This document shows, in pieces, positions 53,721 to 64,000 of a DNA stretch of 64,000 nt; within the stretch, counting starts at the first letter, position 1; every line of letters begins with the position of its first letter. A program made the position numbers and the translations under genes. Origin of the DNA: Balanoglossus misakiensis (Eukaryota > Animalia > Hemichordata); contig CM082580.2 of the NCBI GenBank assembly GCA_040954595.2, positions 796,783 through 860,782 on the forward strand, written 5' to 3'. A model generated the notes under the pieces. It was not told where the DNA came from. It ran no database searches and was given only the letters and a program-made list of their open reading frames with translations.

Positions 53721-55575
53721 CTGCAGGGAAAACACAAATATCATAAAATGTATTAGAATGAATACATGTGAATTACAGTTGTCTTTGAGTGGACATTTGA
53801 AAATATACGACAAGAGAGCAAAATTGTGTGAAACTTAATAAATATCATCTGGCATACAACTTGGTCATATCATATGTTTATCTGTACCAGTACTGAATAC
53901 TGATAAACAAACAATGTAGTAACCAAATAACATTTAACAAGGTAGTGTTTGAAAGCCAAAAATATCATGCATAAGACAACAAACTCATTGTTTTGGCTCC
54001 GAAGTGTAAACAGAGGAGTCTGTCAAGTTGGGTATGAGCTACTACTTCCGTCTGTCAAACTACTTCCGTCCGTCAAGAATTCATACCATTTTCTAGTAGG
54101 GGTGTGTAGCTTTATGTTTTTGGCGGTGGTGTGTAGCTTTGAGGTGTTGAGGAAGAATTGGAACAGTGACAGAAATCGGAACGGATTAGCCAGCAGTGTT
54201 TTCACTACCCGCGAGAAAACAGTTGTGTTTGGCGAGACGATTTTCATACAAATTGGTCAAACTTGTGAAGAACTGCTATCTAACATCGTCATTTGTTTTG
54301 CCATGATCAACTTGCCACGATCAGTGCACTACAATGCGTGAAATTGGACCGCTGTTCTGTTCATTGATCATCACCCCCCCCCCCCTGTATCATGAACATT
54401 GTAAGGCAATACATTGAATTCAGCTCTTCCAGCTAGTGGCCGCACTCGCTTGATTTCCTGTGTGTGTCTCTGGGGACACAAATAATGCATATGCGTCTTT
54501 TTCTAATTTGCATATTTTGAATTGGTTAGGTGTGCCTTGACTTGAACGCGTCAAGCGTACAGGTTGTTATGGAAGTTTCTTTTTAGAACGACTAGTGTTA
54601 GTCTGTGGGCCCAACCAGCAAAAATAAGTTCTAGAAATGTCATTATGTTGTATAAGAGTTTTGTTCTACATGAAATTAGCTGGAAATGACAGGTGGGAAA
54701 CTATTGATGTGAAATCAGGTCACTTCTACCGAAAATGATGGACCAGAGAGCAATGACTTTTTAAAATTATTTCATATACTATGTTCACAACTGCTATGCT
54801 CCCATAAACTGGGGAAACTAAATGATTGAACTTTCTGTTTGAACAATTCATGTATTTTTTTGCTAACACCTACACTACTATAGTCAGCACATGACATTAC
54901 CTATATACTTGAAAATGGAGAACTTTTTATCAAAACACTTAAGCTGATCTTGAATGCTGTCTGATATTTTTTTTCAAAATATATTTCTTTCACGTTTAGA
55001 CTAGTGCTTCTACTTGCACTGTTTTTTTTTCAAAACACATTTCTCATAGCTTGCACTGGTGCAATTTGATACGACAATACACAATGAATTCCATCAGTAT
55101 AACATAAGATACAAAATCTGAGAGGGAAATGACAGAATATATTTGTGTGAGGCCATTTGTGTGTGCGGGCCATTTTAAGACTAAATTTAAAACAGTTATT
55201 AGAGCCATTGACAAGTGGTTTTTCCCTCTGCCAAGCACCCACCTTATCAAGCTTCATTCAATATTACATGAGCAAAACAGTTCAGCATTTCACCTTGGTG
55301 TTTGCAAATTGTTCCTTTCACCCATATACCAAACCACTGTTCTCCAAACATGCTGCTCATCAGCCACTACACACTGAGAGAGCACCAGGTGTCCTTGACG
55401 CTATTTTTTTAAATTTCTAACTATGGAAAGTGCCTGATAACTTTTAATTATTTTCTGTTTTAACATGGTGACTGACTGTAAAGTCTGTCACTTACAACTT
55501 CTGTAAGCGCCCTTTTGAAGCAGGAAATGCAAATCCATTGTTGACCTATCCCCTCCCCACTCAAAAAAAACTTAC

Positions 55576-55695
55576 CTAAACAATTGACATGCTCTGCACT
55601 CAGAGAGAAACCATCATCACCACAACTACAGCTGAATCCACCCTCTGCATTGAGAAAACCTCCAGCACAAACAGAATCTGAACACTCATTCACAT
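55576..55695 (-). pseudogene. Calcium-binding EGF-like exon (120 bp, phase 1-1) lacking the third cysteine
   Basis: ctattttcag acceptor, gtaag donor; DVNECSDSVCAGGFLNAEGGFSCSCGDDGFSLSAEHVNCL; Phe (TTT) where cbEGF Cys3 (TGT) is expected. Confidence 0.75.
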
Positions 55696-56012
55696 CTGAA
55701 AATAGAGAGAAAAAAACATCCGTTGTAATTATTCAAGTCAATACCAATCCTCCCTTCCTTTAAAAATTTCCATAAAGTGAACAAATTCACATGGCTTTGA
55801 AATTAGTATTAACAGTGATATTTCTAATATTTCTAACAGGCCTGACTTTTCTAAACTTTGAGTTTCTTTGTGGATTTGTAGAAATGATCTACAAATTGAG
55901 CTGTCAGGTCATAACTGTTTGTGCTTTGGCATGTACACATATCCCAGTATGCCCTACATGGTTGGCAGTGAAATTGATAAAATCTTCACCTAAGATTTCA
56001 AACTCGTAGATC

Positions 56013-56419
56013 TTAATAGATTCTCACACTCCTGGCATGCTGAGAGTGTGGGATCAGAGTGTGAGAACAAATCAATCCCACACACTCACTGAATCGAAAG
56101 CTGTATATGACGCGAGCGCCGATTGGATGACAAAGCGTTTTTTAATAACGTGCGCTAAATGTTATCCAATGACACGATAAAGAAACTACATGCCAGATGA
56201 CAATTCAAGAGTCATTTATTCAATGTTTTAAGACGAATTTAGCTAATTTGTGCCCGTGTGAGAAATATAATCTCATACACAAAGGACCTATGATCATATT
56301 TCCCACACTCGTCAGGGATATTTTGTCCCACACTCGCCTGCGGCTTGTGTGGGACATAAAATCCCCAACTCATGTCAGAATTATGACCCCTAGTCCTTGG
56401 GAGTGTGAGATTCTATTAA
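56013..56419. mobile_element. Non-autonomous element with 20-bp TIRs and internal hairpin
   Basis: ttaatagattctcacactcc ... ggagtgtgagattctattaa (1 mismatch); hairpin tcccacactc-gcctgcggc-ttgtgtggga near 56326-56354. Confidence 0.75.
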
Positions 56420-57399
56420 TCTCACAACCTTAGGACCTGGGATAAGATTTCTCAGATGAGTTGGTGATATTTTGGCTTGTGTTAGTCAACATATACCTGA
56501 TAAGTGTAAAAAATTGCGTCAAGGACACAGTGGTCCCATTCAGTCTACACGGAGTACATATACACAGTCAGATCGCACGGTGCTCATTTGCATATGAAAG
56601 TTCATCAAGCGAGCGACCGTTAACTTTCAAACAGACGGCAATAGGCCAGTTTTCAAGGTGATTTTCAACTTGATTTTTACGCTCTGTTGTGCAATAAAAT
56701 ACCATGTTAGCTGGATAAATTACGAAAGTGATTCCCATTTTTCACTGCATACGTAAATTTTATGAAAATCTGTGGTAATAGTAAAAGTTTTTAACGTGTT
56801 TTCGGTGGTATGTTGGTGACCCCGAAAGAGACGTCCACAAACGTGTCAAAAATCATTTGAAAACGACCTCAGAAAGTAACCAAACTTTCCTGATAGAGAG
56901 GTCTAATATCGGTCCCAACATCCGTGAAAAGAAATTAATTTGAAATGCTTGCGTAACAGGAAGTGTTGCATTGATCGTGAAACGATAAGTTTACCATGGG
57001 GAAACAGTCTTTGAAAGGCAATTCTTAAGTAAAACAGTTACTGGATAATGGATAACACCCTAAGGTAACATATTAGCCAAGTTTTAACTTAATTACTGGC
57101 CTGATTTCGACACAACATCGATCAATCGCCTACAAATGTAGGTCCCATATGGACAGAATGCCAGGTTTACCATACATGACTACGTACGTGTGAGGAGCAC
57201 AGCTGGTGTATTTTTTTTTCTCCGTATCATGGCCTGGGATATAAGTAGATGTTTCGAAAATGCAAAATGCCAACTGTAACTTCGAAACCATTTCCCTTTA
57301 TTCGCTGATGATATGTGCAATAAATATTTGTGTCTGAAGGCAAGCAATTTTGTTTTGACTTTTGTTGTCATCATTGCATTGGGCTGAACATGACAGAGT

Positions 57400-58140
57400 T
57401 TGAGCTGATCAGCTGACTTCAATTTTCGATTTGGAACATATAATTTGATCATATCAGACAGATATGATGGTCCAAGTCTATGAATGAATTCAAAAATAAG
57501 AAATAACATCTTGAAAACAATACGATCAGACACAGGTAACCAATGCAACTGAAATTGCATTGATGTAAAAGGTGATTTTGGAACTAGCAGCAATATTTTG
57601 AACTTGAATACGACTGATCTCGTACTTAGGGAGCCCAAATAAAAGTGAATTACACAAATCTATTCGAAATGCAACAAAAGCAGGAACTTTATTGCTCTGT
57701 GGCGGCTTGAGATAAATATTTACAGACAAGTGCAATATGCTGCAAATGAAAAGCGACTGAATGGCAGATCTGTGCAATCATTGTCAGACAATGAACAGGT
57801 TTCAGAGCATCACATGAATTTCTGTAATCCCTCTGGCAGATAGATTACCCGAAGTAGCAGAAAAAATAACAAATTCAGTCTTATCGTTATTTAAACACAA
57901 GACATTTTCAGACATCCAGTACCGCATAAAGCATTCTGGGAGCATTCTCGTTGGTAAAAGACAATGAAGAGCCATCTGCATAAAAGCTATATACAGGCAT
58001 CCATGACTAGAAACTAATTTCCCTAATGGAGAAGTGTACATATTAAAAAGTAGAGGACAAAGAAGTGATCGTTGTGTTACCGCAGTGTCAAGCAGATAAA
58101 ATGGTGATTGTTTGGAACACGGTTATAGTAACCATGTCTG
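57400..58140 (-). mobile_element. Degenerate non-LTR retrotransposon RT fragment, L2/CR1-group-like
   Basis: PLLFNMYTSPL, WMSENVLCLNNDKTEFVIF, RIDLCNSLLFGLP, LHWLPVSDRIVFK...PSYLSDMI...PNRKLKSA spread over three frames. Confidence 0.88.
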
Positions 58141-58240
58141 AAATTAACACATACACACTGGGTGCGATTGAAAAGGTATGACTGAAACCACAACAGGGCT
58201 GCAACCCCCAAAAGACCAAATCAATTTCTTTGATGATTCA

Positions 58241-59680
58241 TTAAATGTCATCACAGTCACCATCATTGGAATCACAATCACCATTCTTTGAATAATCAGT
58301 TTGTTTTTCTTCCGTCCAGTTATATTCATCAGTCAGTTCGTCAAAGTCAGAATCAGTCTCGTAAATATTTCCCTCTTCTTCTCTTAAAATGTCAAATTCA
58401 TGTGACTCCTGTAAAATTGCATCAATGCTATTTTCCATATTATGATGTTCAGTATCAGTGATTGGTGATGGTGATTCTAATAGTGGTGACTTATCTGTAT
58501 ATTTTGGGCATACCCCATACTTTTTCGATGTGGTACAGAATCCAGGATTCCCATTATGTGGATTACTGCAGTCATTACATCGACACGCAGGGCCACAACC
58601 ATTGTGGGTCTTATAACATTTACAACATCTGCTATTACAAGTTGGCATCTTTTTGCAGCCACACCCTTTTGTTAGCAACTCCAAATTATTTTTCACTTTT
58701 TCTAAATTGGCATCACTGTCCTAAATAATATCAAGTTCGCCGTTGCTTAGTCTGTATCCATAATTATTGAATAAGGGAAACGTAACATGGCACTGATCGG
58801 CCTGGGACCATAACTGAGAGACCCAGCATGATCTTTTCCAGTGCAGTTGTAGGGCTTCAAAGGAAGGGATACATTCTTCCTCATACTGGATACGTGGGCA
58901 AATTGTTTCTCGTATATATGTAAGCCATTTGATGTGGTTATCTTTAAGACTGTTAGTGACACTGGCTACTTGTCGATAAAGTTCAAAAGGATGAGATGCA
59001 TCAAATGCTTGGAAATGTTTCTTAACATAAACACTACCTTTTAAACGTATGAAAGCGAAAATTCCATTCCCTACACTGTCTACTGTTGTGTCTATCAGTG
59101 TTCCAGGTATAAGGGTGCCACTAGTTATAAATTCAGAGTATTGAAAAAATGTCTTGTAGAAAGATTTCCTTCCGATGCCTGCAAAGTATAGTCACAACCT
59201 GTGCATATGAACAGTGTTTGAAATATTTTGCCTAAATATTGGAGGGGAATATGTTGCAAATCAGGGTCTAAATTTAAATCTGATTTGAATTGATTCATGT
59301 CTAAATAAGTGAGATTTGATAAATCATTATCAAGTTGTACAAATATCTCCTTTTGAACATGTTGATATAGTACTGGGAGGAGAACATGATAAGTATCGGT
59401 ATCAGGGGAGTAAATAACACCTTTCTTGTAAGAGGACTGAACTGCATGAAGGATGCATCTACTGTCAGCTTCTTCATGACAACTTTTGGCTTCCCACTCA
59501 GACACAATTCCATTACTACCAACGAAAAGATTCTTGTCCCTATTTTCTCCATCAAAGCCACCTGCTGTAATGAGGACCTGATCACCTTGCAGAGCCGGCA
59601 CAATTATTTTTAAAGATGTGGCTGACAAGAAGTTCACTAGTTTTCTCTTGTTTGGCTTACAATTGATGTATGTTTTGAGC
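58241..59680 (-). mobile_element. Academ (AcademX-type) transposon ORF, C-terminal part: XPG/PIN-like nuclease and Cys8 (CXC) finger; frameshifted
   Basis: HEEADSRCILHA, SPDTDTYH, TGCDYT, PSFEALQLHWKRSCW and CGCKKMPTCNSRCCKC...CGPACRCNDCSNP followed by an acidic tail. Confidence 0.82.
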
Positions 59681-59689
59681 TAATATTAT

Positions 59690-60600
59690 TGATTACCTAT
59701 TTTTTATGCATTTTTTTGTATTTTTCCATGTTATTAGTAAAAAGTCTTCATTTCTGAAAGTGATGGGCTTACTTCTTTGAAATTTAGCATGAAGCTTCCT
59801 AATGGTTGTCTGAGTAACCATAGTTTTGTTCAAATTGTTGCAAAATTTGCATATTTATAATTTTGAGCAATATTTGCCATTTTTGGTCAATTTATTTTTC
59901 TTTAAAACCGCATGCCAGATTGCTTTGCAATTTGGTAGGCATGTTCGTAGGTGTAAGTCAAGTAATATGTTGTAAAAAATGTGATATTTTCATAAATGTG
60001 TTATCGGGGAAACTTTTGCAATTTTTGTCAAAAATTGTTTTCCTGAAACTGTTTGTCATATTGCATAGAACTTTGGCAGCATGTTCCTTGTAGTGATTGA
60101 GGTAAGGTATTGTACAATTTTGTGTTTTTGCCACTTTTGAACAAATATCTTTTGTGAAAGTGCTTGTTGATTGCTTTGAAATTTGTTTTTTCTCTGATTG
60201 CTTTGAAATTTGGGATATAATTTCATAACACATACATGTATATGTGCAACTTTTATTCAATTCTGATATCAGAAATATTCAATATTTAGCGAGTTTTTAT
60301 GAAAGTTTCTTTGTTTTTGGTTAGCAAATCTTCTCCTTAACCAATTATCCAGTTGTTTTGAAAGTTACTGTTTACAAGGAGTCGTTACCCCCAACTTAGA
60401 CATGTTTACATAACTTCAATAAGCCAGCTGTCAGAGAGACCATGGGCTATTAAATTTTTAATTACCAGTGGCAGGTCAGTGTGTGTGTGTGTGTGTGTGT
60501 GTGTCTGTCTGTCTGTCTGTTCCAGGGCTGACTGAAAGAAGTTGCTTCTCATATGTGTTTGTACAGACAATTTTTGGTCAATTTTTGGGCATGTTCCTTG
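59690..60600. repeat. Dispersed AT-rich repeat insertion(s) inside the Academ ORF, including (GT)n(CTGT)n microsatellite at ~60478-60520
   Basis: Non-coding sequence separating transposase segments; shares a motif with 40169-40440. Confidence 0.55.
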
Positions 60601-61322
60601 TTAATGTTTTTACATTCCATATTTCTATATCGTAAGATCATATCTGCTTGCAATGTCACCTGTAATTTTTATTCTGGTGTGTCACTGTTTCTACATAATC
60701 CTCAAATGGGACCACAGTGTCCTTGACGCTATTTTTCGCTGTGTCATCTGAAAATATATTAGTTAGCTCCCTGGCGGTATTAAGTGGTGAAAATACATCA
60801 GCACCTTCAAGACAATTGATATACAACCTGCAGTTTGACTCATTTATTTTATGTACGCTAACTGAATTATGGGTTTCATTTTGGAAAGGAAATAACTGAT
60901 CTTTTAGATTCTTGGCAGCCATAGCTCTATAGGGTAAATAAATTGCTATTCTCTCCATTAACCCACCTGTAGAAGTATGCAATGCAGCTTTAACATCTTT
61001 ATTGACACACATTTCATGGGCTTCATCTAGTGCTACATTAACCCAAGTTGAGCCTGACAAATTGCAAACAAAACCACCTGCTTTGAAATGTAACAACAGA
61101 GAGTTTGGCATCTTCAGAAGGTCAGCGAGATGTCTGGGAATTAACCTCAAGTACAGGGATCGGTCATATGCATGGAACAGTGGGTTCATTTGTTTCAAAG
61201 CCAATATTCGAAGGTTCCAATTTCCTGACCTTATTGCAATGTACAAAGACATGTATGCAAACAAATCTTCCTCTATAAATCTAACCCAAAATTTGAAAGT
61301 TTTGTCTGTATTTGCCCTTCTG

Positions 61323-61952
61323 CACAGTACGTGAAATATCCCATGATTCATTCTGATTTGTACAATCATTTACTCAGTCAAACCAGGCAAAGTTAACATG
61401 TGTAGAGAGAATTGTACACCACTAATATAAATTTTGAGATCTTACTTTTAAGGTGAATCTTATTGTCAATTACCATTTCAAATGATTTAGAAAATTATGC
61501 ATTATTGAGAGAGGAGATACGAATTTTATAAAATAATCAAGCAATTGCATAGCCAGCCATACAAAAAAGTTTGGAGTAAAACAGGGTCACTTGTAAAACC
61601 TGTTTAATCAAACAAAAAGATATTGATTTTTTCTATTGACAGAACAATGGAAATTTACATGTTAACTTTCAACAGAGACTGGCCACCTCAGTTAGTCATT
61701 GCTTGTTTCCCCTAAAGTGTGACATTTGCAGTACATTGATACTTTGGGCATATCAATGTTGATTTCTATGGCTTTTAAATTTTGATTTTGAAATTTACAT
61801 TCTAATTCCTCAACGTACTTTTCCTAGATAAAAATAAATAGATTTATATGTACTTCATATCATTGTTAGTATCTAAAACAGAAAAAGTTATTAAATGGGC
61901 AACCTTCGATGATACAAATAACGGAGACTTGTGGGTAAAATATCGTACTATG
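61323..61952. mobile_element. Non-autonomous Transib/RAG-like element (CAC termini, 5-bp TSD)
   Basis: TSD ttctg at 61318-61322 and 61953-61957; ends cacagtacg / cgtactatg; excision gives in-frame FCDRRANTDKTF. Confidence 0.78.
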
Positions 61953-62286
61953 TTCTGTCACAAAAAATCTGAAATTCCTCTTGCAAGCCAGTAAGTTGAG
62001 CCTTAAGGTCACCATTAATTTTGTCAATATGATCAGCTTTATCTTCAGTACATTCCAAACATTTTGTGACAGCTTCTAGTAAACATTTTTGGACTGTTTC
62101 TGTATCTAAGGGACAGTGCTGGGTATTATGGGTTTCACCCCTCTGATTCAAAAAGGAATTGACAAGACATCTAAACATACGTTCCCAAATTTGTGTTGGG
62201 AAGCGATGAGTTAGCTTGAAATTTGTACACTGAACTAGGGTTTCCGAAGTTCCCCCTTTATGATTGAACCCTGCCAGATGTTTTAA

Positions 62287-63082
62287 GATGGGTCCCTAGG
62301 ATCTTTTTGCTCGTTGCTATGGGCCTTTATAGGACATTACACCCCGATTTGGACTAAGCCGTTTTCAGAGTCTAACAAGGGGCTGGTAACTAGTTGAAAA
62401 TCTGCACGATTGTGAGCGCGCGCCCCCTGACGCCATTGATATGCAAATTAGCTAGGTCAAATTTCAAAAGCCTAAGGCTTTTTATTCCGTGACCTCAAAA
62501 ACGAACTTGATACGTATTCATTAGTTGCTTGAACCAGGGAAGATCGTGACGGATTTTGTTTTCGAATATTATCGTTGTATCCTACGATTTCAGCATACCC
62601 GTACCACATCTGAAAAAGTCATCGATTTTGGGTGTTTTTGGACGCACTCTTCCACCGGTATCGCTTCTTAGCACGACGAAAACAGAAAAAAACGATCCGT
62701 CACACTGTGCGGAAGTACGTTCTCAACAAGCAGGTCAAATTTGACTGGCGTACGTGGCCTATGAAAAAAGCCTTAGGGATTTTCGTGAACGGTACAAAAT
62801 CTCTGTGTACAAAACATTGGATTTTTAGCGTTCGATCCAGTTACTGTGGTTACAGGACGCGCACGCTATCGCTGACCGCTGCTTTGCCGTATTAGCGTGG
62901 CGGCCTATGGCCGGGCGGTAGCTGCCGTAAACATACTCGGACATGGGGTGTGCACACAATCGTGCAGATTTTCAACTAGTTACCAGCCCCTTGTTAGACT
63001 CTGAAAACGGCTTAGTCCAAATCGGGGTGTAATGTCCTATAAAGGCCCATAGCAACGAGCAAAAAGATCCCAGGGACCCATC
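62287..63082. mobile_element. Kolobok-like MITE with ~130-bp near-perfect TIRs and TTAA TSD
   Basis: TTAA at 62283-62286 and 63083-63086; termini gatggg...cccatc (RR..YY); excision gives in-frame WDADLKHLAGFNHK. Confidence 0.88.
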
Positions 63083-63617
63083 TTAAGTCAGCATCCCAGA
63101 ATATTTTCATGATGACTGGTTGGTAATTTTTTAGAGTATGCCAGTCTCCGATAAAAGGCTGCAACCAGTCTAAATCTGCACCATACATGTCTTTTAACTT
63201 TATCAGGTGATGGAAAGTTTTCCCATCACCAACCACAACCAGGTATTTTATTCTTACACCAACTCTGAATGTAACATATACAGCTTATTGATAATGTTAT
63301 GGACAGTTTCAATAGAGTCTGCGTGTTCACTTGATATGCCCAAATAAATGACATTTGAGCATTCACTGTCATTACTGTTAGCAGTTGTTGCTAATGTTGA
63401 TTTAAAATCCCCAAATACTGTTTCTATATCAGCTCTGTGCATTGTATTTTTTGTAGAGCAAAAATGAATGCGTCAGAAAACAGTTCTGACCAAGCAATGG
63501 CTTCTTCTTGTTTAATGTCAAAATCTGACAGCGAAATTGATGACTGTGGTTGATGTTGTCTCAGTAGAGGTGGTTTAATTAAATACTACATCATCATGAA
63601 CAGTATCATATGATAAA

Positions 63618-64000
63618 CCTGGGGGTTTTATGTGGGAGCAACAGCCTATAAAATCCCTTGGGGTTTTCTTTGGATACGATCGACTGAAATGTCTACTTTT
63701 GAAATGGGAAAAGAAAATTGAAAGGCTTAAAAGCGTGCTCAACATCTGGTCACGACGTAAGCTGAGCCTTTATGGCAAAATTACGGTTTTAAAGTCTTTG
63801 GCACTGCCCACAATTTACTACCTTATGCTTAATCTTGGTGCTTTTGAAACGTGGCTCACGAATATCAACCGTCTTATTTTCAAATTTCTGTGGAATGACA
63901 AGCCAGACAAAATCAAAAGGCTCACACTCATTGCCCCTTATGATTGCGGGGGACTAAACATGCCTGACATTTTTGCCATCCATGACGCCTTTTGTTCATC
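63618..64000 (+). mobile_element. 5'-truncated L1/Tx1-clade LINE, RT C-terminal region; open frame runs off the window
   Basis: PIKSLGVFFG...WEKKIERLKSVLNIWSRRKLSLYGKITVLKSLALP...IFKFLWNDKPDKIKR...GGLNMPD. Confidence 0.88.

Larger units (their letters stand above)
60656..63600 (-). mobile_element. Academ transposase core, interrupted by two MITEs and frameshifts
   Basis: VVGDGKTF, FIGDWHTLKNY, TFKFW...AIRSGNWNLR...FHAYDRSLY, VALDEAHEMCVNKDVK; segments join in frame after MITE removal. Confidence 0.8.

Noticed and set aside
53949-54341. 130-aa plus-strand ORF
   Set aside because: No recognisable domain, non-ATG start, includes a small tandem duplication; likely non-coding
61323-61952. True 12/23 recombination signal sequences
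   Set aside because: Heptamer-like ends only; no consensus nonamer at 12- or 23-bp spacing and no immunoglobulin-like segments

Overview
AT-rich eukaryotic genomic DNA with GT-AG introns. The repeat and transposon content suggests a marine invertebrate, possibly a deuterostome; that is inference. No intact protein-coding gene is visible and almost all ORF-track entries are translated repeats. 1-4 kb is a duplicated mosaic of SINE tails and MITEs. 4-18.5 kb is a ~193-bp satellite array with multi-kb higher-order duplications. 20.8-39.9 kb is a ~0.9-kb macrosatellite containing an amplified 116-bp subrepeat and two Helentron/HINE-like elements that carry their own 146-bp and 237-bp arrays. 49.5-55.7 kb holds disabled minus-strand exons: two Ca-binding EGF exons and two Gln-rich exons resembling the MED25 C-terminus. 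58.2-63.6 kb is a decayed AcademX-type DNA transposon (transposase, XPG-like nuclease, Cys8 finger). It is interrupted by a TTAA Kolobok-like MITE and a Transib/RAG-like CAC-ended element with a 5-bp TSD, and removing each restores the reading frame. It is bordered by L2-like and Tx1/L1-like RT fragments.
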